A stretch of DNA of 64,000 nt, taken from contig CAVXTM010000001.1 in NCBI GenBank assembly GCA_963764725.1, forward strand, positions 128,001 through 192,000. The letters run 5' to 3'. The stretch is from an uncultured Gammaproteobacteria bacterium. Its GTDB lineage: Bacteria > Pseudomonadota > Gammaproteobacteria > JACCXJ01. The notes below the pieces were generated by a model. It made no database searches and was not told where the DNA came from. It saw only the letters and a list, made by a program, of their open reading frames with translations. Each line of letters starts with the position of its first letter. The stretch's first letter is position 1. A program made the position numbers and the translations under genes. Shown here one piece after another: positions 30,480-40,044 of the stretch.

Positions 30480-31370
30480 CTACCACTTGCGGATCGCGAA
30501 CGCCACTCCATATCCGACTTCATCAAAGGCCCAGGACGAAAACCGTGGATCGTCGGCGACGATACGGCACCACACTTCCCGCAGTTCCGGGGTCGTCGGG
30601 TGACCAATGTCGTCGAAGACGATCGCCCCTCCGACGGCAAGATAAGGTAGCACATCGCAGAGATCCTGCGCGGCGCCGAGACTCGAATGGTCTCCGTCGA
30701 CCGTTATTAGATCGAATACGGCATCGGAGTGATCCGCAAAGTACCGAGGCAGGGTATCATGTGAATTTCCGTCGATAAACTCACAGTTTCCCCTGTGTCC
30801 GACCTTGGCCAGCTCGTGCCGCACAAGCTCCGGCCCGGGATTGTCCATTCCCGCGTAGTTGCCTATCCACATATCGAACAGAGCCAACTCGCAGGACGGC
30901 GCCAGGCTCGCCACGGCGCAGACGCTACGGCCACGCCTGACACCGACTTCCAGGTAACGTTGAGGCCCTAGATGCTCGGTAAGGGCCAAGAGCACCGTAA
31001 TAATATCCGCGTAACGCCAGTCCTCGCGGTAACGCTTTAGTCCCTCCCCATAGAAACCCAACAGGTATTCAGCATAGTCGTCGCGCGTAAGCTGCTTGAG
31101 AAGATCGCAGGCTTTCTCGACGTACGACGCCGTCGATCCGAGAACCTGTTGGCCCAGAGCTTGGGCACCCACCATAGGAGGCGGATACCACGCTGTTTTC
31201 CCCGCCGGTATCTGGTAGCTGACTGCATCTACACAGGTACACTGGTCCTTGTACTTCGGCGACGGTAGGTCGGTGCGCGCATCGATTAAGCCCTTCGATG
31301 AGATCGCTACCTTGGATCTGATTAAAGTCAACACAGACTTTCGAATACTTCCCATGTCGGACGGCCTCAT
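30480..31370 (-). CDS. Class I SAM-dependent methyltransferase
   Basis: YLEVGVRRGRS, GNSH, DLITVDGDHS, GGAIVFDD. Confidence 0.85.
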   Translation of the reverse strand: MRPSDMGSIRKSVLTLIRSKVAISSKGLIDARTDLPSPKYKDQCTCVDAVSYQIPAGKTAWYPPPMVGAQALGQQVLGSTASYVEKACDLLKQLTRDDYAEYLLGFYGEGLKRYREDWRYADIITVLLALTEHLGPQRYLEVGVRRGRSVCAVASLAPSCELALFDMWIGNYAGMDNPGPELVRHELAKVGHRGNCEFIDGNSHDTLPRYFADHSDAVFDLITVDGDHSSLGAAQDLCDVLPYLAVGGAIVFDDIGHPTTPELREVWCRIVADDPRFSSWAFDEVGYGVAFAIRKW

Positions 31371-32062
31371 ATACGTTTGATCGGCACCGCGGGATTTCCC
31401 GCCGCGACAACAGCGCCGGGGAGATCGTTGGTCACCACACTGCCGGCAGCGACGATGGTGTTTTCGCCGATGCTGACTCCTTTCATTATTAGACTATTCA
31501 TCCCGATCCAGCAGCGCCGCCCAATTCGGACAGGTGCCGCGGCGATCGAAAGTGTCCGGTTATTCGGACGACCGAGCATGCTCCTGAAGTGTAATTCTCT
31601 TTCGAAGGGGTCCAGAGGATGAGTATCATTGTCGAAAATCTGCACTCCGTGGGCAACAAGTGTCGAATCGCCGATGACAATGCGCTCAGCAGCGCTGATT
31701 AATACGTCGTCCCCAATATAGCAGCAGCTCCCTATCGCTATGGAGCCATTGGCTTCGTTTCGTATGATTCCCCGAATGACCGCCTCGGGTTTTATTACCA
31801 CGGTTTCGGCGGAATTGAGGTTGATCAATCGGGCTGTGACCGATAGCCTCACCATCTCGCCTATAACCGACTGCGCTGCGAAGCGGCGCCAGACCGACCG
31901 TAACTGTAGTCCTCCCGAAAAACTAGCGACCTCGCGGACGGCATCCAATAGATTGCGTGGCCGGAGGTGTGCCTGACCGTTGGCGAACGCGTGGTCATCC
32001 GATCTGATCGGCCCCTCCCTGCGCGCCGGTCGTTCCGAGCGATGTCTAAGGACGCGACACAT
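31367..32062 (-). CDS. Hexapeptide-repeat O-acyltransferase (start uncertain)
   Basis: IGSCCYIG, DNDTHP, PVRIGRRCWIG, AAGSVV, AGNPA. Confidence 0.85.
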   Translation of the reverse strand: MCRVLRHRSERPARREGPIRSDDHAFANGQAHLRPRNLLDAVREVASFSGGLQLRSVWRRFAAQSVIGEMVRLSVTARLINLNSAETVVIKPEAVIRGIIRNEANGSIAIGSCCYIGDDVLISAAERIVIGDSTLVAHGVQIFDNDTHPLDPFERELHFRSMLGRPNNRTLSIAAAPVRIGRRCWIGMNSLIMKGVSIGENTIVAAGSVVTNDLPGAVVAAGNPAVPIKRI

Positions 32063-32158
32063 ACAGACAACGGCATCGCTTTCCGCAACACCCCCTGGCC
32101 TCCGAAATCTCGATGTTTCTCTGAGCTAGCCTAGGGAATAAAGCGGTACCGATAACCA

Positions 32159-33583
32159 TTACCTTCGCAAGGCGGAGAAAAAACGATGAACTTTACGGCG
32201 GAGCTTTTGCACCCCTCTTTTTCCGCGTCTCTGGAACTGATCGTTAAGCTTGATCCACAAGTTCGGCTCGGCGATCTGTTCGTGGTACTGCGCCAGATAA
32301 TCCGGAGCATGCGTCGATATTAACGACGTCAGAATCGCAAGTTTTTCGGGTTGTGCCTTCATCCTTCTCCGGGTCGCGGCTACGGTTCGTGAATAAAGTT
32401 CTGCTTTAACGTTACTCCGATCCCGAGATCTGTAAAGATACGGCAGCACCTCCGCCAAAATGATGGCCGGATCATGCCGGTAAGGGTCGTAATTGGTACG
32501 CACCTTATCGGTTACCTCCAGAAACTTTCTTGCGCAGTTTTCTATGTAACTTTCGCTTCCTTCGGGCCACGATTCGGAAACCTGATTTATCGACGATACT
32601 CTAGCCGCATGCCACACATTTCTCATGAGTTCGGCTAACTGGATGTCATCCTCAGGGGCGAAATAAAGCGCACCCGGCGGCGCTTGTTCTCTGTGAACCA
32701 GGATATCCGATAATAAAAGACATTGCCCCAGCGCACGCGCTTCCTCGACCACCGTACTCCAACCCTCGAAGAGGCTTGGCTGAATAATGCATGTCGCTAC
32801 CTGCATCAGCCGAAGCTGGTCCTCCCTCGGAATGCTTCCCAGCAAACGTACTGACCCTTCGAGGGAGTGCTCCGAAATGAACCCCCGAAGCTCCTGGAAA
32901 TGTTTCGGCCAGCGGTGATCGTTAGTATATCCGGTGAAGACGCAGACTATTGGCAGTTCCTTGAGTCTCATTAAGGCACGTAGAATAACAATATGGTTCT
33001 TGTGCTTCCAAAATTGGTTGCAAACAAGATAAAACCTGATTGGCAGGCCATAACGCATACAGAGTTCGGAGGCGTCGGCATCCGTAATATGAGACGCTTC
33101 GATCACGGCGGCGAAAGGAAGGGTTGCAATCGGCACGAGGTCCTGGCCAACGATACGGACCGTGTCGTAATATGCCATCTGGCTGCTGACAACCAGAAAG
33201 GGCGCGCGAGTGGCCAATAACCGGTAATTAAGGTCACGGCGTTCACGCTCAAGCTCATCAAACATCTGGGGCAAGTGTTTATATTGCCAATCCGGGATCC
33301 AGCCAGCCCATGGAGCATCGAAAGGTGCCTCAAAAAGCTGCGTTATGGGGTACACGATATCCAGATTTAATAGGTGGGCACGATCGAATCTTTCGACACC
33401 CGCCACTACACTGGAATAGCCCCGAGCTATAGATTCGCCATCTGGATCGGAATACAGTAAATAAATCGCTGGTCTATCGGGCGGATCAAGGGTATTCAGC
33501 GTCTTAGTCCAATTCAGCACGTAATGCACGCCACCTATCCATGCGGAACTGGATCGCACTCTAAAACCTATGCGTAACGGCAT
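32159..33583 (-). CDS. GT4 glycosyltransferase
   Basis: WIGGVHY, WIPDWQ, NQFWKHKNH, PSLFEGWSTVVEEA. Confidence 0.88.
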   Translation of the reverse strand: MPLRIGFRVRSSSAWIGGVHYVLNWTKTLNTLDPPDRPAIYLLYSDPDGESIARGYSSVVAGVERFDRAHLLNLDIVYPITQLFEAPFDAPWAGWIPDWQYKHLPQMFDELERERRDLNYRLLATRAPFLVVSSQMAYYDTVRIVGQDLVPIATLPFAAVIEASHITDADASELCMRYGLPIRFYLVCNQFWKHKNHIVILRALMRLKELPIVCVFTGYTNDHRWPKHFQELRGFISEHSLEGSVRLLGSIPREDQLRLMQVATCIIQPSLFEGWSTVVEEARALGQCLLLSDILVHREQAPPGALYFAPEDDIQLAELMRNVWHAARVSSINQVSESWPEGSESYIENCARKFLEVTDKVRTNYDPYRHDPAIILAEVLPYLYRSRDRSNVKAELYSRTVAATRRRMKAQPEKLAILTSLISTHAPDYLAQYHEQIAEPNLWIKLNDQFQRRGKRGVQKLRRKVHRFFSALRR

Positions 33584-33667
33584 TGGCTTAAGGGGGTCTG
33601 GCTGACAACATTACGCGCGTGGCTGCGACGACAAGTCCTTTTTTGCAATTCCAGAAGCCGGTCCTCG

Positions 33668-34615
33668 TCAACATACCTGACGGCTCGCCGGTGCGGCCGA
33701 TAAATTTCCAAACGTCTTTTCGGCCGTATGTGACGGATCGTCAAAGGAAATCGTTACTCTGCCACAGTCCTGCACGCTGAACTGGCTGCCCCATCGACGG
33801 AGGTACGTTTTTCGGTCGTAACCAAGCGTAGTGTTATTAGAGACGCGAATGGTCTCAGAAGGATCTAAGTAATGCTCGACGAAAGCACCGGGAGCATCAA
33901 CGATGGTGTAACCGGCTTGCCAAAGTTTTAGACATAAATCACTATCTGCTTTGTAAAAAATATAGCGTTCTTCATCTGCCCAACCGACCGATTCGATAGC
34001 TGTCTTCAGAAACAGCCCATGATTCACCATGAGCTTGCCGCCGAGTGTCTTCTGAACGTAATAATCCTTCTCAAGTGGCCAGTTGCGGAAATAAAATGCT
34101 ACACCCACTATATTGTGATTTTGCCTTTCGAGCTCACGAAAACGTGCCATAGCGCATGTCACCGCGTTCGGTAGCAAAACACAATCATCGCTCATCATCA
34201 AAATGAACTTGCCTTGTGCAATCTTAAATCCGAGATTCATGAAATAACCCCAGCTTCGGCGCTCTACGGGTCTCCCGCGAAACTCGCCGTGGTTGTGCTG
34301 AATGATGCTAATGATATCTTTTTGGCCACTCAGCCACTCCATCGTACCGTCGGTCGACCCGCCATCGATGACAATTATTTCAAAGGGAACGGGAACATCG
34401 TGTGAGCGGATCGAATCGATCGCTTTCACTAAAAGCGGAAAACGGTTGTAGCTACCTAGAACAAAAGATATTCCAAAGCTTCTTAACCCTTGTACGCTCT
34501 TCGATTCATGTTGCTGCGCGTTCGAGTGTCGCCTCTTGAGCCATCGAAACGCAACGAACTCCCGCAGGATACTTAGAGGCTGGTCGATCGCACGAAGTAA
34601 CCGCGGTTTAGTCAT
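33668..34615 (-). CDS. GT2 glycosyltransferase
   Basis: [25 protein letters not shown]. Confidence 0.85.
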   Translation of the reverse strand: MTKPRLLRAIDQPLSILREFVAFRWLKRRHSNAQQHESKSVQGLRSFGISFVLGSYNRFPLLVKAIDSIRSHDVPVPFEIIVIDGGSTDGTMEWLSGQKDIISIIQHNHGEFRGRPVERRSWGYFMNLGFKIAQGKFILMMSDDCVLLPNAVTCAMARFRELERQNHNIVGVAFYFRNWPLEKDYYVQKTLGGKLMVNHGLFLKTAIESVGWADEERYIFYKADSDLCLKLWQAGYTIVDAPGAFVEHYLDPSETIRVSNNTTLGYDRKTYLRRWGSQFSVQDCGRVTISFDDPSHTAEKTFGNLSAAPASRQVC

Positions 34616-34641
34616 CGCTTTCGGGGTCCAGAAGCAACCTC

Positions 34642-34713
34642 TGTATCTTTCTCGCGACTCTCTCCGCGGCTGCGCGTATCTGGGCTTGCTCTCGACACTT
34701 TTGCAGAGCTTCC
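34642..34713 (-). mobile_element. MITE copy C (partial, opposite orientation)
   Basis: Reverse complement TTAA|GGAAGCTCTGCAAAAGTGTCGAGAGCAAGCCCAGAT matches the left half of copy B; abuts the TAA stop at 34714. Confidence 0.85.
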
Positions 34714-36441
34714 TTAATTCAATCCGTCGTGTATTCCGTACGTTTCTGCCGGGTATATGTAAGGGGTTCCTCCCAAGATTCCATTACAAATGACATCCAA
34801 GCCCGGATAATTTCCCGGCAGCAGATTGTCCAGCTTCTCGATGGCTATTTGAAAGGCCGTTGGCCCTCCGTTCGGAACGAGAAACGGCAGCGGGATCATG
34901 CGCCGGAAAAAGAAATGGTATGCATATTTGCGTGCCCGCCGCGTGATCTCGATACTGTTTCTGCGCCCCAGCGGCAGCCGGTCCAAGATCTCGAAGTATT
35001 GCTCCGGGGATGATGCATCGAGGGTGATCCCTTTGTTCCGTATCCAAGCCTCCCCGGCCACAATCACGGGTATGCCGATGCTGGTTAGCTCAACGCCGGT
35101 CTTGGTGCCGTAAATGATGACGGAATCACAGTGCATCATCGCCGCGTAGGTACTCACCGGACTCTCCGGCGGGATGATGAACACGTTCCTAGGCAACTGA
35201 GGGAAAAACTTTTCGATTTCTTCCGTCAGCGGCTGCCGCGACTTCGCCGTTCCCCGGATCTCCGCAGGGTGGATCCTGATGAGCAACTGCACATCCGGGC
35301 GTCCCTTGAAGTAGCCAATAGTTTGTAACACCCAATCCAACATGTTCGAAAACGCGTTGGCCCGGTAATGTAACTGCGCATCCCACATCACGTTGGTCAG
35401 CATCGCGATGCACGGTTCGCGGGGATCTATACCGGAGACACGAATGAAGCGGTCAAAATCCTCATCGGGTTTTTCGTGAAACCAAATCCAGTCGCGCGTG
35501 CCGCGCCAGCGGCTTTTTAGATAATCCAGAATCTGCGCGTCTTGTTGATCTCCCCACGCCATACCCTCCCATTCGGTTGCAGGCTCCGACAGCAAGGTGT
35601 GATGGTAGGTGTCGCCATGACTGAAGATGAGTGTATTACGGCGGTATGCCACCACCCAATTGCTCAGCCTCACCCCGCATTTTCGGCACGCTTCACCGAC
35701 GATCCCTTGCGGGACATATAGCCCGTGGTGAAAGCACGCCGCAGTGAAATGGACCTCCTTTAGGAGCCGCTGCATGGCATATGCGGTCAAAAGCGACGCC
35801 TCGAAATACCTTCGGAGCACCACTTCACCCAACGATTCCGCGGACAAGTCGCCGCGCGCGTAGTAGCGGAGTGCGCCGGCATGCGCGTGCTCACCGACCG
35901 CCAACCCGTCCTGACGGAAATGCGGAATCTGGGTCGCCGGTGTTTCTGCGGCGAGATGCTTCGCTTGATCGAGATCCTGCGGTGTGACTAACTCGCTCAG
36001 GCGAATGACTTTCGTGCCGATGGGCAAAAACACCGCCTCTCCCCTCTGCACGCAGCCCGGACACAGAACTTTCGGCAGTTCGTATCGCTCAATTGCGCCG
36101 GGATCGGGCAGGCTCGAGATTTCCGCCTTGAGGCAGCCGGGGAGCATCCCATCGCAAAGCAGCGTGTGGACCTGCGCGCCGCGGAGCGTCAGCGCTACGC
36201 CTAGCATGCTCTCGACGACGCTTACCGGGCCGTGTCCGCCGACGTTGGTGGCGATCAGCACCTTGGGGCCATTCGCGGCGGTCCGGGCCGCTTGTTCCCA
36301 CAGCGGCCGATTGGTGCCAAGCAGAACCTCCCAGTCCGGTAAACCTTCCATCGTGACGAAAGGATGCTTCATGCCCGCTATGGCGTTGGTCACTCGCCGA
36401 CCGAGCGCTCCTTCAATTACTTTCCGTAGTCTGATTACCAT
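34714..36441 (-). CDS. Capsule biosynthesis protein, KpsS/KpsC-like (probable CMP-ulosonate transferase)
   Basis: NVMWDA, IRIHPAE (HP motif), GTKTGVE..G.PVIVAG. Confidence 0.7.
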   Translation of the reverse strand: MVIRLRKVIEGALGRRVTNAIAGMKHPFVTMEGLPDWEVLLGTNRPLWEQAARTAANGPKVLIATNVGGHGPVSVVESMLGVALTLRGAQVHTLLCDGMLPGCLKAEISSLPDPGAIERYELPKVLCPGCVQRGEAVFLPIGTKVIRLSELVTPQDLDQAKHLAAETPATQIPHFRQDGLAVGEHAHAGALRYYARGDLSAESLGEVVLRRYFEASLLTAYAMQRLLKEVHFTAACFHHGLYVPQGIVGEACRKCGVRLSNWVVAYRRNTLIFSHGDTYHHTLLSEPATEWEGMAWGDQQDAQILDYLKSRWRGTRDWIWFHEKPDEDFDRFIRVSGIDPREPCIAMLTNVMWDAQLHYRANAFSNMLDWVLQTIGYFKGRPDVQLLIRIHPAEIRGTAKSRQPLTEEIEKFFPQLPRNVFIIPPESPVSTYAAMMHCDSVIIYGTKTGVELTSIGIPVIVAGEAWIRNKGITLDASSPEQYFEILDRLPLGRRNSIEITRRARKYAYHFFFRRMIPLPFLVPNGGPTAFQIAIEKLDNLLPGNYPGLDVICNGILGGTPYIYPAETYGIHDGLN

Positions 36442-36654
36442 TCAACTATTGCTCCCGCCGGTCATCCCGCGCAGGGTCCTTTGCCAATGACAGTGGTGCG
36501 GTCTGACAACGACGTCTTACCAATTCCACAGGGATATCATAAAGTGCAAAGTCAAGCTGATTTCCGCTTTGTTACCGCAATTTCGGCATGTTGCCACATA
36601 GGATCGTTGGCGAATCGGTGGACGGCGATACGTTCTCCCAACGTTTAGCTCCAG

Positions 36655-37794
36655 TCACGTTCGCCGAGTCTTGATGAGTGTGTAAACACTAAGGAGCCCC
36701 GTGAACAACAATAGAAGCAATGTAGCTATCGTGTTTACCAAGACATAATTGCGGATGTTCTTAATAACCCGCGTTTGAGATCTCTGCGTTTCGTGGACTT
36801 TGCGTAATCCGTTGCTGATCGCTGCTACTCGAAGTGCGGTTAGGACGCCAAAATCGTCAATGCCGCCTAAGCGCGATGCAATTACCGATGACTGCGCAAT
36901 CAGTGCTTGTGCTAGGCTGGGGGAGGTCAATCCGAGCTTTTCAGCGTTTGCGATTGCGACCTCTTCTATTCCGGCCAACCTCAGATCGTCTCTGTACAGC
37001 CTGGCAGCGCGCAAAATCTCACACACCAAGTGCAGCTGACCCAGCACGTTGAGATGAATTTTATCGTCCATGAGAATGTCAGAATCGTATAACAGCAGGT
37101 TGTACGCCCGCACCCGATCCAGGATTCTATCGATGTCTATGAGCAGCGTACGACCTTTATCTTGTGGAGTGGAGGCTGCCCGAATGATCGCGTCGTTATG
37201 TGAATACCCCTTAAAGGGTAGATCAAACGACTTCATATGCCATGGGAACCCACGCTCCCTGTAACGCTCTACCGTCGCATCAAAAACCGTCATCAAGAGA
37301 AGCGTGACACTCTTTAATCTCACCACGGCGGCCCGGAGTTTGCGCATACATGCTTCGTACTGCTTTACATTTCCGTTGTGATCACCCGCGTCTTCTATTA
37401 CCACGATATCTCCGGGCCTGATAATCAAGGCGTCGGAAAGCTGCTTGATACGAGCCGCGCCGTCCGCACAATTTTCAGGCAACCCTATAGGCCCCCCATA
37501 GGCCGCGAAGATCTGTAACGCATTTTCGTTCGCGATGATGTTGATCATGCTTGCAGGAGACCGGAGAACATAAAGCTTATCGGATTCCTGCATCGTATCC
37601 GCGAACACCCCGGTCCCGTAACCCCGCATGATGCTGTCGCCAAACAGATGAATCACCCTGCCATACGAGTCCCGGGCACGTGCTAATTCGTTGTAAAGAA
37701 GATCTGGCGAACCCGGCTGCGCGTATGTCGTCTGCGTAAAACAGCATGTCAACACCGCGCGGATGAGCGTCCCGATCAGGGCCTTCCGTGACAA
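36655..37794 (-). CDS. SGNH/GDSL hydrolase-fold protein with signal peptide and C-terminal TM anchor (start uncertain)
   Basis: FGDSIMRG (block I), DKIHLN (DxxH), hydrophobic N- and C-termini. Confidence 0.65.
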   Translation of the reverse strand: MSRKALIGTLIRAVLTCCFTQTTYAQPGSPDLLYNELARARDSYGRVIHLFGDSIMRGYGTGVFADTMQESDKLYVLRSPASMINIIANENALQIFAAYGGPIGLPENCADGAARIKQLSDALIIRPGDIVVIEDAGDHNGNVKQYEACMRKLRAAVVRLKSVTLLLMTVFDATVERYRERGFPWHMKSFDLPFKGYSHNDAIIRAASTPQDKGRTLLIDIDRILDRVRAYNLLLYDSDILMDDKIHLNVLGQLHLVCEILRAARLYRDDLRLAGIEEVAIANAEKLGLTSPSLAQALIAQSSVIASRLGGIDDFGVLTALRVAAISNGLRKVHETQRSQTRVIKNIRNYVLVNTIATLLLLLFTGLLSVYTLIKTRRT

Positions 37795-37835
37795 TTGGAC
37801 TTCGTCTTTGACCGCCGCGATTCCTGAACACCGAT

Positions 37836-38897
37836 TCACGGCTCTACATCTATCGCCGGGAATGGAACAGCATCTTGCGGTATCACTCTTGGCGTACGAT
37901 ACCAGGGGCAATGTTGGCGCAGATAATAGGGCTTGCCTGCGCACCGGAATCGATCGAGCAGACTAATATATCGCCCGGTGAATACGTTTTGCCAGTCGCG
38001 TGCGATCGACTTATCTACCCAGCGTGTGCTATTTGGTGACCGCTGTGCATTTATAGTTTTTCGGATGAAACGCGAGACTCTATTATTGAACCACCAGGTT
38101 TTTTTGAATAACCGCCAAGCATTTTTGATGAACGGCTCGCTTTTCGCAATGAACGACGAGGCTGCGCGGATGAACGACCAGGCTGCGCACTTTAGCCTCC
38201 AGATCGGGGCGTTATTTGCTAAACTGCCGAACTTTTCTTCATATAACATCCTAAACCTGCAATGTTTTTGTTCTAGCTCGCTATGCGCTAGCGATCCTTC
38301 TTCCATTTCCCAGCTGCGGTAGTGATGGATTACTATCTCGCGCGTGTAGACAATGTCGTACCCGGCGTAAAACACTTTGGCCGTGAGATCCGGGTCAATG
38401 CCGTAGTCCCTGAAGGTTTCGCTAAAACCTCCCACTTGTTTTAACACGTGCGTCGGTAACATGCCCTGGTTAACGTTCAGTATGCCTATCGTCAACACCC
38501 CGCCTATATAGGGTTGGTTAACGAAGGGACCGCGGACATCTTTCGTCTTCAAGCCCACCATGCCGATACGTGAGTCTGCCTCGAGGATACTTACGGCGAC
38601 ATCCAGGCCCCGGTTGAGGATGACGTTGTCATCGCTGAGCCAGCATACGTAGGGCGTTTCTACGATCTTAAATACATCGTTGTAGGCTTTCGCTTGTCCG
38701 AGCTTTCGGCCCACGAGAATGGGTATGACCTTATCCGAAGCAACGGACTTGAGGTATTTCACCGTCCCGTCGGTCGAGCCGGCGTCTGTAACATATATCC
38801 GGAAGTTCGCCGTTGTCTGATCGAAAATGCTTTCCATGCATCGCCGGATTTGATCCAAGCGATTATAAGTTCCGACCACGATCGATAACTCGGACAT
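37836..38897 (-). CDS. GT2 glycosyltransferase
   Basis: GTYNR, DAGSTDGT, WLSDD, VGGFSE..YGIDPDL. Confidence 0.85.
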   Translation of the reverse strand: MSELSIVVGTYNRLDQIRRCMESIFDQTTANFRIYVTDAGSTDGTVKYLKSVASDKVIPILVGRKLGQAKAYNDVFKIVETPYVCWLSDDNVILNRGLDVAVSILEADSRIGMVGLKTKDVRGPFVNQPYIGGVLTIGILNVNQGMLPTHVLKQVGGFSETFRDYGIDPDLTAKVFYAGYDIVYTREIVIHHYRSWEMEEGSLAHSELEQKHCRFRMLYEEKFGSLANNAPIWRLKCAAWSFIRAASSFIAKSEPFIKNAWRLFKKTWWFNNRVSRFIRKTINAQRSPNSTRWVDKSIARDWQNVFTGRYISLLDRFRCAGKPYYLRQHCPWYRTPRVIPQDAVPFPAIDVEP

Positions 38898-38919
38898 GAC
38901 CTCTATTGCCGATAGCGTT

Positions 38920-39894
38920 TCAACCGCGCATTCCGTAAATCGACAATCCCGCGGGCTTGCACTCTGAGTATATGTTCTGGAGCGCCCACTGGGCATACGC
39001 TTGAAGACCGTCCCCTAGCTGCCACTGAGGGGCGAAACCCAGGCGGGATGCGCACGACGTGTCGGCGACAAGGTATTGCGGATCGCCCGCGCGCGGTGCT
39101 CCAGAAAAAGTGACTGGAATGTTGAGATCGCATGCTTGGAGGAGCGCCTCGGCTGTTTCTCTCACCGTGACAGCCAGTCCACTGCCGCCGTTGACGATAA
39201 GCACTTCGTCCCGCACCGCTTCCGCTACCGCCGCGACCAGCCGCGCCGCGTCTTGCACATACAAAAAATCACGCGTCTCTTTGCCATCGCCCGCTAGCAT
39301 GATCATTTCCGGTTTGTTGATAGCCTGACGCGTGATGTCCCAAAGCAGTTGCTTTCGGAGCTCGGGACCGTACAGCGAAAAGAAGCGGATAATACCAAAC
39401 CGCACGCCGTAATGCCGGTTAGCCGCGAGACAAATATGATCCACAAGATGCTTGTGCACCCCGTAGGGTGACATCGGGCTGGGGCACGCTGATTCCGGGA
39501 TCGGCGCCGACCACCCGTTTCCATAAACCGCCGCGCTCGATGGGTAGATCAAAACAGCATCGTTCGCATGGTTGCGAAGTACTTCGACCACCGCTGCCAT
39601 GGTAGTAACGGTTCGCTCGAAATCCTCGAATGGTCTTTCCCATGAGATCTTGACCGACGCACCACCCGCAGCATGAAATACGAGGCTCGGTTGTCCCTCC
39701 TCCCTTATCAAGGCGGTCAAGCTTTCGATAGTGACATCTGCCTGATACCAGCGGTCAATGCCCCATCGCCTAGCCTCATTGTTATCCAATTTACCGTGAC
39801 CGATTCCGGCCACAGACCAACCGTGCATACGAAGATGGCGTGCCACATGCCGACCTAGAAATCCGGCAGCCCCGGTAATGATCGCACTTTTCAA
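38920..39894 (-). CDS. NAD-dependent epimerase/dehydratase (extended SDR)
   Basis: ITGAAGFLG, SSAAVYG, YGVHK, RFFSLYGP, RDFLYVQD. Confidence 0.9.
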   Translation of the reverse strand: MKSAIITGAAGFLGRHVARHLRMHGWSVAGIGHGKLDNNEARRWGIDRWYQADVTIESLTALIREEGQPSLVFHAAGGASVKISWERPFEDFERTVTTMAAVVEVLRNHANDAVLIYPSSAAVYGNGWSAPIPESACPSPMSPYGVHKHLVDHICLAANRHYGVRFGIIRFFSLYGPELRKQLLWDITRQAINKPEMIMLAGDGKETRDFLYVQDAARLVAAVAEAVRDEVLIVNGGSGLAVTVRETAEALLQACDLNIPVTFSGAPRAGDPQYLVADTSCASRLGFAPQWQLGDGLQAYAQWALQNIYSECKPAGLSIYGMRG

Positions 39895-40044
39895 GTGAGC
39901 AGCCAGACCTCAGAGCGCTGCCGACTAACATGGCCCAAAGCTTGGCTGTTTGTGCTCATACTGATCACACCCGGTCGCTCGAGTATTTCGACTGGCTCGA
40001 CCATAAATTATTTTCCTCATTTCCGCCGTAAGCGTTCTGGACGC

